Below, in pieces: positions 40,991 through 53,300 of a DNA stretch of 64,000 nt. Source of the DNA: the human T2T-CHM13v2.0 reference genome, Homo sapiens. The DNA is taken from positions 24,544,001 through 24,608,000 of the forward strand of contig CP068257.2 in NCBI GenBank assembly GCA_009914755.4. The letters are read 5' to 3'. The notes beneath the pieces were generated by a model. It was not told where the DNA came from. It did no database searches and was given only the letters and a program-made list of their open reading frames with translations. Made by a program: the position numbers and the translations under genes. Positions within the stretch are counted from its first letter, which is position 1. Each line of letters starts with the position of its first letter.

Positions 40991-43867
40991 CAGTTTAATA
41001 TAGTACTTGGAACATATCAAATGCTTACAAAATTTAGTGCCCTTCATTGCACTGGAGAAGAGTTAGGTGGCATTTTGTAGCTCCGTATGCTCAGATACAG
41101 TTTGTTTTTGAGCTGGGAATATTTTAGACTTCATCTTTTCTTTCTTAGTCCTATAATTTTCCTTTATTCATAATGCAGTCATCCCTTTCCCACCCATGGA
41201 AACAGTGAAATGTGGGACCAGCCATGCTATATTATTAATTTTGCAAAGCTTGCTGACAGTGACCTCTCCAGCAGTAGCATTCACTCTTTTGCCTTAAAAA
41301 ATTTCCCACAAAAGCTCTCCACTAGGCATAAGCATTACTCTTAGTCCTCCCACTGCTTCAGTGTGGCACAGTCATCAGTAATATGTAGATTTCCACTTTG
41401 GCTAGGGTCTATTTCTCTGCTTTGCTCAGAAGGTACCACTGACCTTTCTGATTAGCTGAGTTGCAGATGACTGAGCTTGCACATAAAAGGGACAGTCAGA
41501 AAATAAATCTTCCCTGTGTCTGTCTAGACAGACTCCAAGAGTCAGGAAAAATTCTGCTGAAAGTCCATAAATCTTCCATCTTTCTTCCTGAAAGCATGTA
41601 CGAGAACAGTTCTCCTGTCACTACGTATGAGAGCATTCCTGAATGTGTGGGTAGGGTTTTTGATGTCAATTTTTTTTATATCAACTGGTAAAACTTTATT
41701 TTACAAGCAACAGGAATTGGATCAAATGATTATTATAATCCAGAGGAAATATTTTGGAACCACAGCAAATGCCATTATACATACTGCCAATACAGATTTA
41801 ATAGACAATACTGAACTGTACAAGAGTTATTTATTTTTCCTTAATCTCGAAGCTATTTTTAGTAATACAAAAAAGCCATATTAACATTTTTTTCCCGTTA
41901 GAAAACATGATGTACAAAACTTTGGATGAAAAGATAAGTCAAATTTCGTTTAATCACTTGGAGGAAAATCCACCAACTCTCTCAATACCACCTTTCACTC
42001 GCGTCCGTGTGAAGAGACCACCAAACAGGCGTTGTGTGAGCAATAAAGCTGTTTATTTCACCTGGGTGCAGGCGGGCGGGCTGAGTCCAAAAAGAGAGCG
42101 AAGGGAGATAGGGGTGGGGCCGTTTTATAGGATTTGGGTAGGTAAAGGAAAAAGGGGGGTTGTTCTCTGGTGGGCAGGAGTGGGGGTCACAAGGTGCTCA
42201 GTGGGGGAGCTTTTTGAGCCAGGATGAGCCAGGAGAAGGAATTTCACAAGACAATGTCATCAGTTAAGGCAGGAACAGGCCATTTTCACTTCTTTTGTGG
42301 TGGAATGTCATCAGTTAAGGCAGGAACCGGCCATCTGGATGTGTATGTGCAGGTCACAGGGGATATGATGGCTTAGCTTGGGCTCAGAGGCCTGACGTTC
42401 CTGTCTTCTTATATTAATAAGAAGAATAAAACAAAATAGTGTCGAAGTGTTGGGGCGGCGAAACATTTTTGGCAGGGGGTGGTATGGAGAGAGAGAATGG
42501 GTGATGTTTCTCAGGATTAGGGGAGGCGTGGGAACCTGGAGTGGGAGAGATTAAGCTGAAGGAAGATTTTGTGGTAAGGGGTGATATTGTGGGGTTATTG
42601 GAAGAAACATTTGTCATGTAGAATTATTGGTGATGGCCTGGATACGGTTTTATATGAATTGAAAAACTAAATGGAATAAGAGAAGGAGAAAACCAGGTAT
42701 TAAAGTTCTAAGAATGGGGAGGACCTAGGACATGTAATTAGAGAGTGCTTAAGGAGATTTAGCATAGTTCTGCCAGCAAAGATTATTTATTTAAGAGTTA
42801 AGAGTGGCAGTTTGGGGATAGCACCAGGAGATATCAGCTGTGATAGCTTGGAGAAACAGTGTAAACTGGCAGTGTAAACAAGAGCAGGGCACGTATGAGT
42901 AGTTGAGAACAGTGAACAGGAGTATGACTAGACAGAAGATAGTAGGGATGACAAGTTTTTTTGGGGCACAGTCTTAAGTTGGTCTGGTGTCTGGAATAAG
43001 ACTGGGGCCTAATAAAAAGGAGCGTCCATACAGGAGCTTAAATGTGCTGTACCTTGTAGGATTCCGAGGACAGGCCTGAATTCTGAGAAGGGAAAGTGGT
43101 AAAAGTACTGTCCAGTTCTTTTTAAGTTGGTGGCTGAGCTTGGTGAGGTGTGTTTTTAAAAGACTATTAGTCTGTTCTACCTTTTCTGAAGACTGAGGAC
43201 CGTAAGGGGTATAAAGGTTTCACTGAATACCAAGAGCCTGAAAAGCCGGTCTGCTATTGGACTGTATAGAGGTGGGAAGGCCAAAGCGAGGAATTATGTG
43301 TGACAGAGGGGAAGAAATGACTGCGGTGACCTTTTCAGACCCTGTGGGAAAGGCCTCTACCTATCCAGTGAAAGTGTCTACCTAGACTAAGAGGTATTTT
43401 AGTTTCCTGACTCAGGGCATGTTGAGTAAAGCTACTTTCCCAGTCCTGGGTGGGGGCAAATCCTTGAGCTTGATGTGTAGGGAAGGGAGGGGGCCTGAAT
43501 AATCCCTGAGGGGTAGTAGAATAGCAGATGGAACACTGAGAAGTTATTTCCTTGAGGATAGATTTCTACGATGGAAAGGAAATGAGAGGTTCTAAGAGGC
43601 GGGCTAGTGGCTTATACTATAGCATAGCCTGCCTTTGCTGGTGTGGTGATTAGGCCTGGTGGAACTGCCATCAATAAACTAAGTGTGATCAGGGTGAGGA
43701 ATAGGAAAGAAGGAAATATGGGGAAATGGGGTGGAATGTCAGGTGCATCAGAGAGATACAGTCATAGGGGTCAGGTGTGGTATCAGGAATAATGTGGGAG
43801 GCCGGATTGAAGTCCGGACCAGGAACAATGGTAATTGTGGGAGACTCAACAAAGAGTGAGTACAGCT

Positions 43868-43960
43868 GAAGGAGCTGGGGAGCAGAAAGTATATGCGTCA
43901 GGTGTGAGGAAGAAAATAGCTGGGGAGCAGAAAGTATATGCGTCAGGTGTGAGGAAGTTA
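43868..43960. repeat. Approximately 43 bp perfect tandem duplication inside the HERV-H internal region
   Basis: agctggggagcagaaagtatatgcgtcaggtgtgaggaag occurs twice in tandem (gives the repeated FLTPDAYTFCSPA peptide in the minus-strand ORF). Confidence 0.85.
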
Positions 43961-44018
43961 TGAGAACTGTTGAGAGTGAGTTGAGCATAGTTTGTGATTT
44001 TAAGGGCCTCTAAAAGTA

Positions 44019-46822
44019 TTAGGGCAGTGGTGGCCACTGCACGCAGACTTGAGGGCTAGGCAAAACAGTAAGGTCAAGTTGTTTGGATAAAAAGGCTACA
44101 GGGTGTAGTCCTGGTTCTTGTGTAAGAATTCTAACTGCACAGGCCTGCACTTTGGCTGTGGGTAATGAAAAGGGTTGGGATTTGTCAGGGAGAGCTAGGG
44201 TGGGGGCAGTCTCTAAAGCTGTCTTCAAGGAACGGAAAGAGGAATGGGGAAAGGATTTAGGATCTATGGGGTCAGCTAGGTTTCTTTTTGTGAGTTTATA
44301 TAATGGTTTTGTTAGGATAGCAAAACCAGGTATCTAAAGTCGAAAGTGTCTAACCATGCCCAGGAAGGAAAGGAGTTGTCGTTTTATAGCTGTTGGGGTT
44401 TGAGATATCAGCTGAACAGGATCAGCAGGGAGAGCACGTGTGTTTTTATGAGAATTACGCTGAGATAGGTAACAGCTGAGGAAGAAATTTGGGCTTGACT
44501 GAAGTAATGGGGGCTGTCTGTGAAGCTTGCAGCAGTACAGCCCAGGTAATTTGCTGAGCCTGATGGGTGTCAGGGTCAGTCCAAGTGAAAGCGAAGAGAG
44601 GCTGGGATGAAGGGTGCAAAGGAATAGTAAAGAAAGCATGTTTGAGATCTAGAACAGAATAATGGGTTGTGGAGGGAGGTATTGAGGATAGGAGAGTATA
44701 TGGGTTTGGCACCATAGGGTGGATAGGCAAAATAATTTGGTTGATAAGGTGCAGATCCTGAACTAACCTGTAAGGCTTGTCTGGTTCTAGGACAGGTAAA
44801 ATGGAGGAATTGTAAGGAGAGTTTATAGGCTTTAAAAGGCCATGCTGTAACAGGTGAGTGATAACAGGCTTTAATCCTTTTAAAGCGTGCTGTGGGATGG
44901 GATATTGGTACTGAGCGGGGTAAGGGTGATTAGGTTTTAATGAGATGGTAAGGGGTGGATTATAGGTCGCTAAGGAGGGAGTAGAGGTATCTTATACTTG
45001 TGGGTTAAGGTGGGGAGATATAAGGGGAGGATGTGAAGGAGGCTTTGAACTGGGGGAAAAGGTGGCAATGAGGTGTGTCTGTAGCCCAGGAATAGTCAGG
45101 GAAGCAGATAATTTAGTTAAAATATCTCGGCCTAATAAGGGAACTGGGCAGGTGGGGATAACTAAAAGGATTGCTTAAAAGAGTATTGTCTAAGTTGGCA
45201 CCAGAGCTGGGGAGTTTTAAGAGGTTTAGAAACCTGGCTGTCAATACAACAGTTATGGAGGCAAGGGAAACAGGCCTTTGAAAAGAAGGTAATGTGGAGT
45301 GGGTAGCCTCCGTATTGATTAAGAAGGGGATGGACTTACCTTCCACTGTGAGAGTTACCTAGAGCGTCTGTGATGGTCTTGTAGGCTTCTGAGGCAATCC
45401 GGCAGTATCAGTCTTCAGCTGCTAAGCTGAGAAGATCTGGGAAGGAGTCAGAGAGCCTTGGGCCAGAGTTCCAGGGGCTCTGGAAGTGGCTGCCAGGTGA
45501 GTTGAACAGTCCGATTTTCAGTGGGGTCCTGCACAGATGGGACACAGCTTAGGAGGAATCTTGGGCTGTGGGCATTCCTTGGCCCAGTGGCCAGATTTCC
45601 AGAGCTTGTAGCAAGCTCCTGGGGGAGGCAGGCCTGGAGGAATGCCTGGCCACTGAGGTTTAGGCGTTTAGAAGTTCTTGTGTGCTGGAGATGTGGCTGG
45701 GGTTTGTCTCATAGTGGAGGCAAGGAATTGCAACTCAGAAATATGTTGCTACTTGGCTGCCTCTACTCTATTATTGTACACCTTGAAGGCGAGGTTAATT
45801 AAGTCCTGTTGTGGAGTTTGAGGGCCGGAATTTAATTTTTGGAGTTTTATTTAATGTCGGGAGGAGATTGGGTAATAAAATGTATATTGAGAATAAGACG
45901 GCCTTTTGACCTTTCAGGGTCTAGGGCTGTAAAGCATCTCAGGGTTGCTGCCAAACGAGCCATGAACTGGGCTGGGTTTTTATATTTGATGAAAAAGAGC
46001 CTAAACGCTATCTGATTTGGGATAAAGAAAAAGGAGCATTAACCTTGACTATGCCTTTAGCTCTAGCCACCTTTTTAAGAGGAAATTGCTGGGCAGGTGG
46101 GGGAAGGCTAGTCACAGAATGAAACTGGAAGCCAGACCAGGTGTGAGGAGGGGAGGTGATAAAAGGATTATAGGGTGGAGGAGCAGAGGCTGAGGAAGAA
46201 TTGGGACTTAGCCTGGCGAGGAGGGGAGAAGTCAGATGAGTCTGTAGAAAAGGACTATTAGAAAGACTCAGTGACACCTGGGGTTGGGACTGAGGGGACA
46301 GGCAGGAGGGAAAGAAGGAAGATTTGGGACTAGTTGCATTGGGAACAGAGACTAAGGAGGGATTGATGTGTAAAAGAATGGCTGGACGTCAGGCACCTCA
46401 GACCGTTTGCCTATTTTATGACAAGAATTATTTAGATCTTGTAGGATGGAAAAATTGAAAGTGCCATTTTCTGGCTATTTGGAACTACCGTCGAATTTGT
46501 ATTGGGGTCAAGCAGCATTGCAGAAGAAAATAAGACGCTTAGATTTTAGGTCAGGCGAGAGTTGAAGAGGTTTTAAGTTCTTAAGAACACAGACTAAGGG
46601 AGAAGAAGGAGGAATGGAGGGTGGAATGTTGCCTATAGTGAAGGAGGCAAGTTTAAAGAGAAGGGTAGAGACGTGGAGTAGGGGATGGGGAGCAGCCAAA
46701 GCAGGCATCCCCGCAATTGACTTGCCACCAAGGGAACGTGGGTGAATGACCAAGGCAGGTGTCCCTGCGGAGATCAGACACCAATGGAATGTGGGTGAAT
46801 AATCAGAGAGGCATCCTTGCAA
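44019..46822 (-). pseudogene. Degenerate HERV-H gag-pro-pol (frameshifted fragments: MA about 46508-46822, p12 PPPY region 46008-46277, protease 45113-45346, RT 44019-44730)
   Basis: RT fragments align with MLV RT from memory: IHPMVPNPYTLLSSIPPSTTHYSVLDLKHAFFTIPLHPSSQPLFAFTW vs MLV [64 protein letters not shown] vs PRQLREFLGTAGFCRLW; ALETAPTLALPDKSQPFSL...HPVAFLSKQLD vs [20 protein letters not shown]...RPVAYLSKKLD. Protease IPFLINTEATHSTLPSFQRP vs [20 protein letters not shown] (active-site DTG mutated to NTE). Gag late-domain PPPY present (SAPPPYNPF). Multiple frameshifts and stops, so non-functional. Confidence 0.8.
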
Positions 46823-47167
46823 TGATTAAACACCAAGGGAAGGCTGCCTTCCCGAGTCCATGACCGGCACCGGAGTTTTGGGTCCGTGGATAAAATGTGT
46901 CTCCTTTGTCTCTACCAGAAAGTGAAAGGAATTGAAATTAAGAGAAGGGAGAGATTGAAGTGTGGTGCCAAGATTGAAAGGAGAAAGAGGTTGAGAGATA
47001 GTGAGGGAGGTTGGAGAAGAGAGTAAAAAGAGGCTGCTTACCGGATTTGAAATTGGTGAGATGTTCCTTGGGCTGGTGGGTCTGAGGACCCGAGGTCATA
47101 GGTGGATCTTTTTCACGGAGCAAAGAGCAGGAGGACAGGGGATTGATCTCCCAAGGGAGGTCCCCCA

Positions 47168-47185
47168 CTCCGAGTCACGGCACCA
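47168..47185 (-). promoter_or_regulatory. Retroviral primer-binding site complementary to the 3' end of tRNA-His
   Basis: Minus-strand tggtgccgtgactcggag (canonical HERV-H PBS TGGTGCCGTGACTCGGAT), 9 nt downstream of the proviral 5' LTR edge. Confidence 0.8.
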
Positions 47186-50100
47186 ACACCAAATTTCACT
47201 CGTGTCCATGTGAAGAGACCACCAAACAGGCTTTGTGTGAGCAATAAAGCTGTTTATTTCACCTGGGTGCAGGCGGGCTGAGTCCGAAAAGAGAGTCAGC
47301 GAAGGGAGATAGGAGTGGGGCCGTTTTATAGGAGTTGGGTAGGTAAAGGAAAAAGGGGGGTTGTTCTCTGGTGGGCAGGAGTGGGGGGGTCACAAGGTGC
47401 TCAGCAGGGGAGCTTTTGAGCCAGGATGAGCCAGGAGAAGGAATTTCACAAGACAATGTCATCAGTTAAGGCAGGAACAAGCCATTTTCATTTCTTTTGT
47501 GGTGGAATGTCATCAGTTAAGGCAGGAACCAGCTATCTGGATGTGTATGTGCAAGTCACAGGGGATATGATGGCTTAGCTTAGGCTCAGAGGCCTGACAC
47601 CACCCAAAGTGTTTTATGCAGTGAATAAAATCAAAATAATGCATCTTAATAAATTCCAGCTGTTAAAAGAACAAACTTAGCAATATATAACAGTTTGCTA
47701 CGCAGGATTTTTGACTATTCACTTTGGGAGTTATTTTTTAAAATCCACTTTTTTTTACTGAGTCTTACTACATATCAGGCACTGGACTTGGCCATCTAGG
47801 TAACTAAGAAAAAGTTGGTTAAGATAGGAAAGACCCATAAATCAATCCTTTGATTACCAAATGCAATTTTTAACTTTCAAACATCCCCAAGATCAAGAAA
47901 CCCTAACTAAAAATACACACCCTTCTAAGTGTTATTTGATTTTATTAGTAGCAAGGGTGTTTGGTAAGGTCGTGAACCTCTATTTTTGATCCATTATTCC
48001 AATTAAAAGCATGCGTCAAAAGCTAATTTGTTATTTTTCTAATGTGTTTAAGATTTGGCATTCAGTTTTTACACATGTGGTTCAGTGATTTATCATGAAC
48101 CCTAAACTGCACACTGCTCAAAAACAGCAACACAGATGTGCGTTACATGAAATAATGGTTTTTGATACATATCTTCAAATTCAATTCAGTTTAGGGTCCA
48201 GTGAAGAAAAAGATATCCAGTTATCGGGTGGTAAAGAGCAGAGGAGGTAAACTAGTTAAGATTATTAATATGCAGTGAAGTGTTATTGTCTATCTTATCC
48301 TTTGAGTAACAAGATGCTAACACGCTTTCAAGAAAAAACTGCTTAAAACTATGCTAAAGGCCCATGCATTGACATCATCCATTCAACACCGTTACTTTGT
48401 TACATAAAACGGTTTTCTTAAGGTGTAACATATTAGGCAATAATTTGGAAATTAGCCAAGCACTAAGCAATTATAATAGCAGGTAATACACCATCAATTT
48501 TTGAAACACATTTGGCCACATTTCACAATCCATCTGCAGTATGGATTCTATAGACTCTCACTCAGTTTAAAATTTGTTTCTGGACCTGAATGACAGGAGA
48601 ATGGCTTTATGAAATTTTCTCATAAGACATTTAAGTAGTCTTAGGTTCACAACCCTTTTGTTGTAAATGATTTAATCTGACATGCCATATAACTACAATA
48701 CAAATAATTATGTTCAATTCTTAAATGAAAACTAAATGCCAATAAATGGTAACAGATTTGACATGGAATGTTCTAAGATCTTCCTCTACATAATCTGCCA
48801 TGGCAGATTATGAATTTCAGAGCTTGAAAACTTCAGATTAAGAACCACAAGAAAATTTACTCTTGATGGCATACAAGATCTTCCTAAAAATTAACCTAAG
48901 ACCTAGAAGTCTCAGTATTATTAGAACATAAAGAAACGCAACAAATCTGTATATTTTATTCACATATATTTTTGTTTTTAGTGTGCTCACAGAAAATTAG
49001 AACACCTTAAGTAGGAGTTTAATAGCAATTTTTGTAAGCAAAGTTACATTCCATCTCTAAGTCAAATTGGTCGACGCTTCTCCAGCATTTACAAAACATG
49101 ATAGACAAGATGCTACACAAAACCATTGCATCTGAAGATTTTTTTTTTCCTTTATTCTCAAAGATGACTGGAAAAGAAAGCATTATCTGCTGTAATCAAA
49201 AACATACCACAGTATAAACAGTAACCATTCCGCTTATCACAGCTTGGTTGAGTTTAAAATTTGTGTTTAAAAGGTCCAAGATGACTGCAGTTTTACAAAA
49301 ATGGGCAGGGTGGAAAGTCGCAAACTTCATGTGCTTCTGGATATCAAGATTTGTTTTTATACAATAGTCACAGTTAAAAACACCCTGCTGGTAATACATA
49401 ATTACACTTTATTAAGGTCATAAACCAGCAATAAACAATACAGCCTATATAACTTGTAGTTCTACTTAATCACTGACTGGTACACCTAACATGAGATAAG
49501 TGAAAAGTTCCTATGGTTTAAATGAACTCCTAAGACTATGATCATTTTTTTTTTTTAAATATGGGTATTGGTGTTTTTTCTTTTTTCCTCTTTCCTTCTT
49601 AGTCAAGACTTGTAGTGTTGTAAACCTGCCTCACAAAATACATGGTAATAACTTTTCTTAAAAAAAAAGACAGCCTTTACACCATTTCTAGTGGCACATT
49701 ATTTTGGCAATGTTATGTACCACTTCCATTTCCCCATTGTGACCCCTATCACTTCATTTGATATCCCTTTTTGACCCACCCATCTCTTTCATATATGGGC
49801 ATATCCATAGATTGACAAAGGAAGTTTACATTTTTGAATAAAGATGGAGAGTATGCAAAAACATTAATACTGATGCAAAAAAATAAAAAAATAGAAACAA
49901 GGCAGAGGAAGAAGGTGTTTAAGCTCTCCTCGACCTGTTGGAATGGTGGTTAACAGAATGATTTGAGATGGGATCTGTGGGGAGGGGAGAAAAAAAACAA
50001 AATTTTGTGCTTAAAAAAAGTAAAAGATTGATGTCAAATATTTGTACTAAGATTGCGGGTGGCAAGAGTTAGCATCCTGCAGTTAGAAGCAAAATTAGAG

Positions 50101-53100
50101 ATTTGGACTGGTCAAGGACAGCATTGATATGTGTGGGGTATGTAAATCACCCAAGCTCTGCAAAAGTACTGAGAATAACTTGTATTTTCCAGACTGAAAA
50201 CCTACCATGATGGGGAGGGATTGAAGTGGGCCCTGGAACAACTCCGGAATACATTACAAGCTTAAGGGGAGAGCAAGGAATTTAGACCATAGAGCTCATC
50301 ATTCATCATTTTATTCCACATAAAATGGGTGTTTCAGCATGTCCAAAAGCATAGATAAGGAAATTGAGCTTCCCAAGAAGTTAAGCCAGTTGTTTGCAGT
50401 TAGAGAAAGCATGTTTTTATGAAGCTGTCCTACCCAGGAGCGGGGAACAGGTCCCTGGGCTCTATGACCATGGAAATCTCTAGATGAGTAAAAGAAAGCT
50501 TGGCAAAAATTGGGCAGGATCCTCAAACAAAGATTGAGAAAGGCTTTTCTCATCTGTGAATCAGAGTTCTGGGACTTTCCTGAGGATGAGAACAGCTGCA
50601 TGGCTGAAATGCAGCAGCCCAGAGCAAAGAGGGTGCTCCCTGGGGGGTCACAGCTGGTGAAGACTGAAAATCCAGATCCTAAAATTCAACCAGACCTATC
50701 ATACCAGCAGGCCACCACGAAATGACTGCAGGTTTCACTGGAGAGACGAGGTACTTGGCCTGCGAATTGCTTTCTATGTCCTAGACAAGTAATTGCGAGT
50801 AAGCCTTGAGATAGCAATTTGATAGTCTTTGATAGCAATATGACATTGCTACATCCAAGTGTGGGAGTCAGTACACTTATATTGCGCATATCTTGGACAT
50901 TTTAGGTTTCATTTTCATTTCTTTTTACCGTCAAACTGGGGGAAAGATTGGCCCTTCATCCCAGATTGTATTTATGCTCATTTTTGTTTTCACCCCTGCC
51001 CATGCCCACCCACCACACTCCTGTCCATCCTCTCCCTCGCTACTCATATACCCCTGGGAAAAGCTCACTGCATTTAGATCCCAGGTTCTTCTCCCCCAAG
51101 GCACATCGCTTAACATTAATGCTGGGTGCTCACTTGATGGCAATAACATTTCTTTTGAAATTTTCAAGAATATGACTCTTCAAGAAGCAACAACTAGAAA
51201 GAATTAAAAGTTCACATGACTGTCAGAGAAAATATAGCAGAGGCAGTAGCAGTCCTCGCTGAGAAACCCAGGGAGCAACTGGTTGGGCTGAGAAGGTTCG
51301 TGAGGAATCTTTCATGGAGAAAATTATTTTGCCAACAGTTCCTTGATTATTATTTAATCATACAGTTGGCTCTCTTGTGTTCCTTTAAGATCTGTGAGAT
51401 AGGTACAAACAAGATTTTATATTCAATAGCTTATACCTGTAAGCAGTACAGGCTTTTAAAAGATTGGACTTTTAAGGCAAAGGTAATTGGTGTGAAGTAT
51501 TAGCCACTTAATGGAAAATGATAAAATGGTACATGTTTCAATCAGAATTATGAGCTGTGCTCGACGTGGCTGTTTGTAGCTGAAGTTCACTGATTTCTGT
51601 GCAATGATGAATTTCTTTGTGGCAGCTAAACTGCTCAGCCTAGAGTTACACAATCTTCAACGATGACGTTTCCACCCTTTGCTTGGGTCATTGAATGTCT
51701 CAGGAAGAGGCATGAAGAAGAATGAGGAGCTCGACCCACCTGGAGATGGGTAGACATGTTTGCTGAGCTATCAGTGAATTGACGCATCCAAGGATGCTTT
51801 TCTCCCTACAGGAATAATCTCCCGTCATGTCTCAAACTTCTCTCCATCTCACTAGTGAGGATGAATGCTGTCTTCCTCTAGGGTAGTGGAGGACAATCAG
51901 GTCACTGCCAGAAGACAGCTTTTCACACTCTCGCTTTCCTCGAGAGAATGTTAAACTAATTGGAGTGAGGCATGAAAGGATGAAATTTGGCCAAATTGGC
52001 AGGTGTGAACGTCCTTTCTTCACACCAAGTAGAGTCAACTGGGGAAAATGATGGTGCTGTCCTGATGTGAGACTGTTTCTCATAGCACGGTGCTGGCCAC
52101 TGCATGACACTCTCTACCAGCAGAGAAGTGGAGTGCTACTGTGAAAAGAACTGACGGATATGATTTGGTTCTGGGAAGTGAGTTTTGTAACACCATGCTG
52201 GAAACTAACTCATTAGCTGTGATCTTGCAAAAATTCTGGCATTCTGAGATAAAGCAATTTGATCACCAGTATGTCATATAAAGAGGTTTTGGAGTAGCTT
52301 TAAAAGACACAGTAGATCAATATGAAAATGAAATGTATCCATCTAATAAGAATATTCCTCTTGGAGGAGCCAGTAAAAGTGTGTGTTCTTGTGCCTGCCT
52401 TTGTGTGTGCAGACACGTGTGCATATGTGTGTATGTGCAGCATACATGTGTGTGGTATAAAGAAAGAAAAAAATCTTGTTGCGTAGGAAGAGTTGTGTAG
52501 AGCCTACTAAAAATTATATAGCCAAGGCATGTCTCTTAATTTTGGAACTACTAGGTGTTAAAAAGCAAAGGAAATGAACATCAGAGCAAGTGAAATATGA
52601 GAGCCAGAAAATATCAATGTGAGTTTTGATATCAATAGACCAATGAATTGCCAATGATGCAGAAGAGCTTTATGAGCCTTGGCAGGCAATTAGGTAAGAG
52701 TAGTTTCTTCTGGAGTGGCAATTTGAAGTGGTTATTAACTATATACTGAAATTTGACGGGCTAAAGAACCCAGTTAAAAAGAAAACCATCCATATCGAAT
52801 TGTTCCCTCTACTTTGTTTAAAAAACAAAAAACTTCATGATGAGCTGAAGTAAGAGATTTTTATACCAAACAAAGATGACTAAACTGAAAGTATGAAACC
52901 TTCTATTTTTAGTGAATCCTGACATTCTCTACTGCTAGCATTCCCAGCTTCCAGATAATATGTTCTCCAGTTGGCTGGTTATTGTGCTGTAAATCACGTT
53001 TCACTATATCAGCAAACGATGGCATGAACTTGAAGAGCAAAACAAAATCAGCTTGGAAAAAACTGACATAAAACCTCTAAAGTCTAAAGGTAGTCCCTTC

Positions 53101-53179
53101 CCTTAGAAAATGACTGGATTGATTACAATTGCATTGTATTATCAAATATGTGGTTTTATTTTAATTTTGTTTACTTTTT

Positions 53180-53300
53180 ATTTGTTTACTTTTTGAGAGA
53201 TAGGATCTCACTATGTTGCCCAGGTTGGTCTCAAACTCCTGGCCTCAAGTGATTCACCTGCCCTTATCTCCCAAAGTGCTGAGGTTACAGGTGTGAGCCA
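53180..53300 (-). mobile_element. Alu monomer-like fragment (antisense)
   Basis: tttacttttgagagataggatctcactatgttgcccaggttggtctcaaactcctggcctcaagtgattcacctgcccttatctcccaaagtgctgaggttacaggtgtgagccatggcac. Confidence 0.75.

Larger units (their letters stand above)
41994..47599 (-). mobile_element. HERVH: HERV-H endogenous retrovirus provirus (about 5.6 kb deleted form). LTR7-family LTRs at 41994-42397 (proviral 3' LTR) and 47196-47599 (proviral 5' LTR). tRNA-His PBS, degenerate gag-pro-pol. Flanked by 5 bp direct repeat CCACC (41989-41993 / 47600-47604).
   Basis: The two terminal blocks are about 96 percent identical to each other and are the reverse complement of the LTR7 consensus as I recall it (...ggactcagcccgcctgcacccaggtgaaataaacagctttattgctcacacaa.gcctgtttggtggtctcttcacacggacgcgagtgaaa; opposite end tgtcaggcctctgagcccaagctaagccatcatatcccctgtgac...). 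Immediately internal to the upstream LTR (on the minus strand) is tggtgccgtgactcggag, the 18 nt His-tRNA PBS. A purine tract (ataagaagacaggaac) abuts the downstream LTR. Minus-strand ORF fragments show gammaretroviral protein motifs (see next feature). Confidence 0.85.

Noticed and set aside
40658-41047. 129 aa minus ORF and 80 aa plus ORF with K/E/R or F/L/S low-complexity protein
   Set aside because: Pure translation of the (GAAA)n polypurine tract and its complement.
52370-52450. GT-rich stretch as a (TG)n microsatellite
   Set aside because: Highly interrupted (gtgtgtgttcttgtgcctgcctttgtgtgtgcagacacgtgtgcatatgtgtgtatgtgc). Not a clean repeat; low-complexity only.
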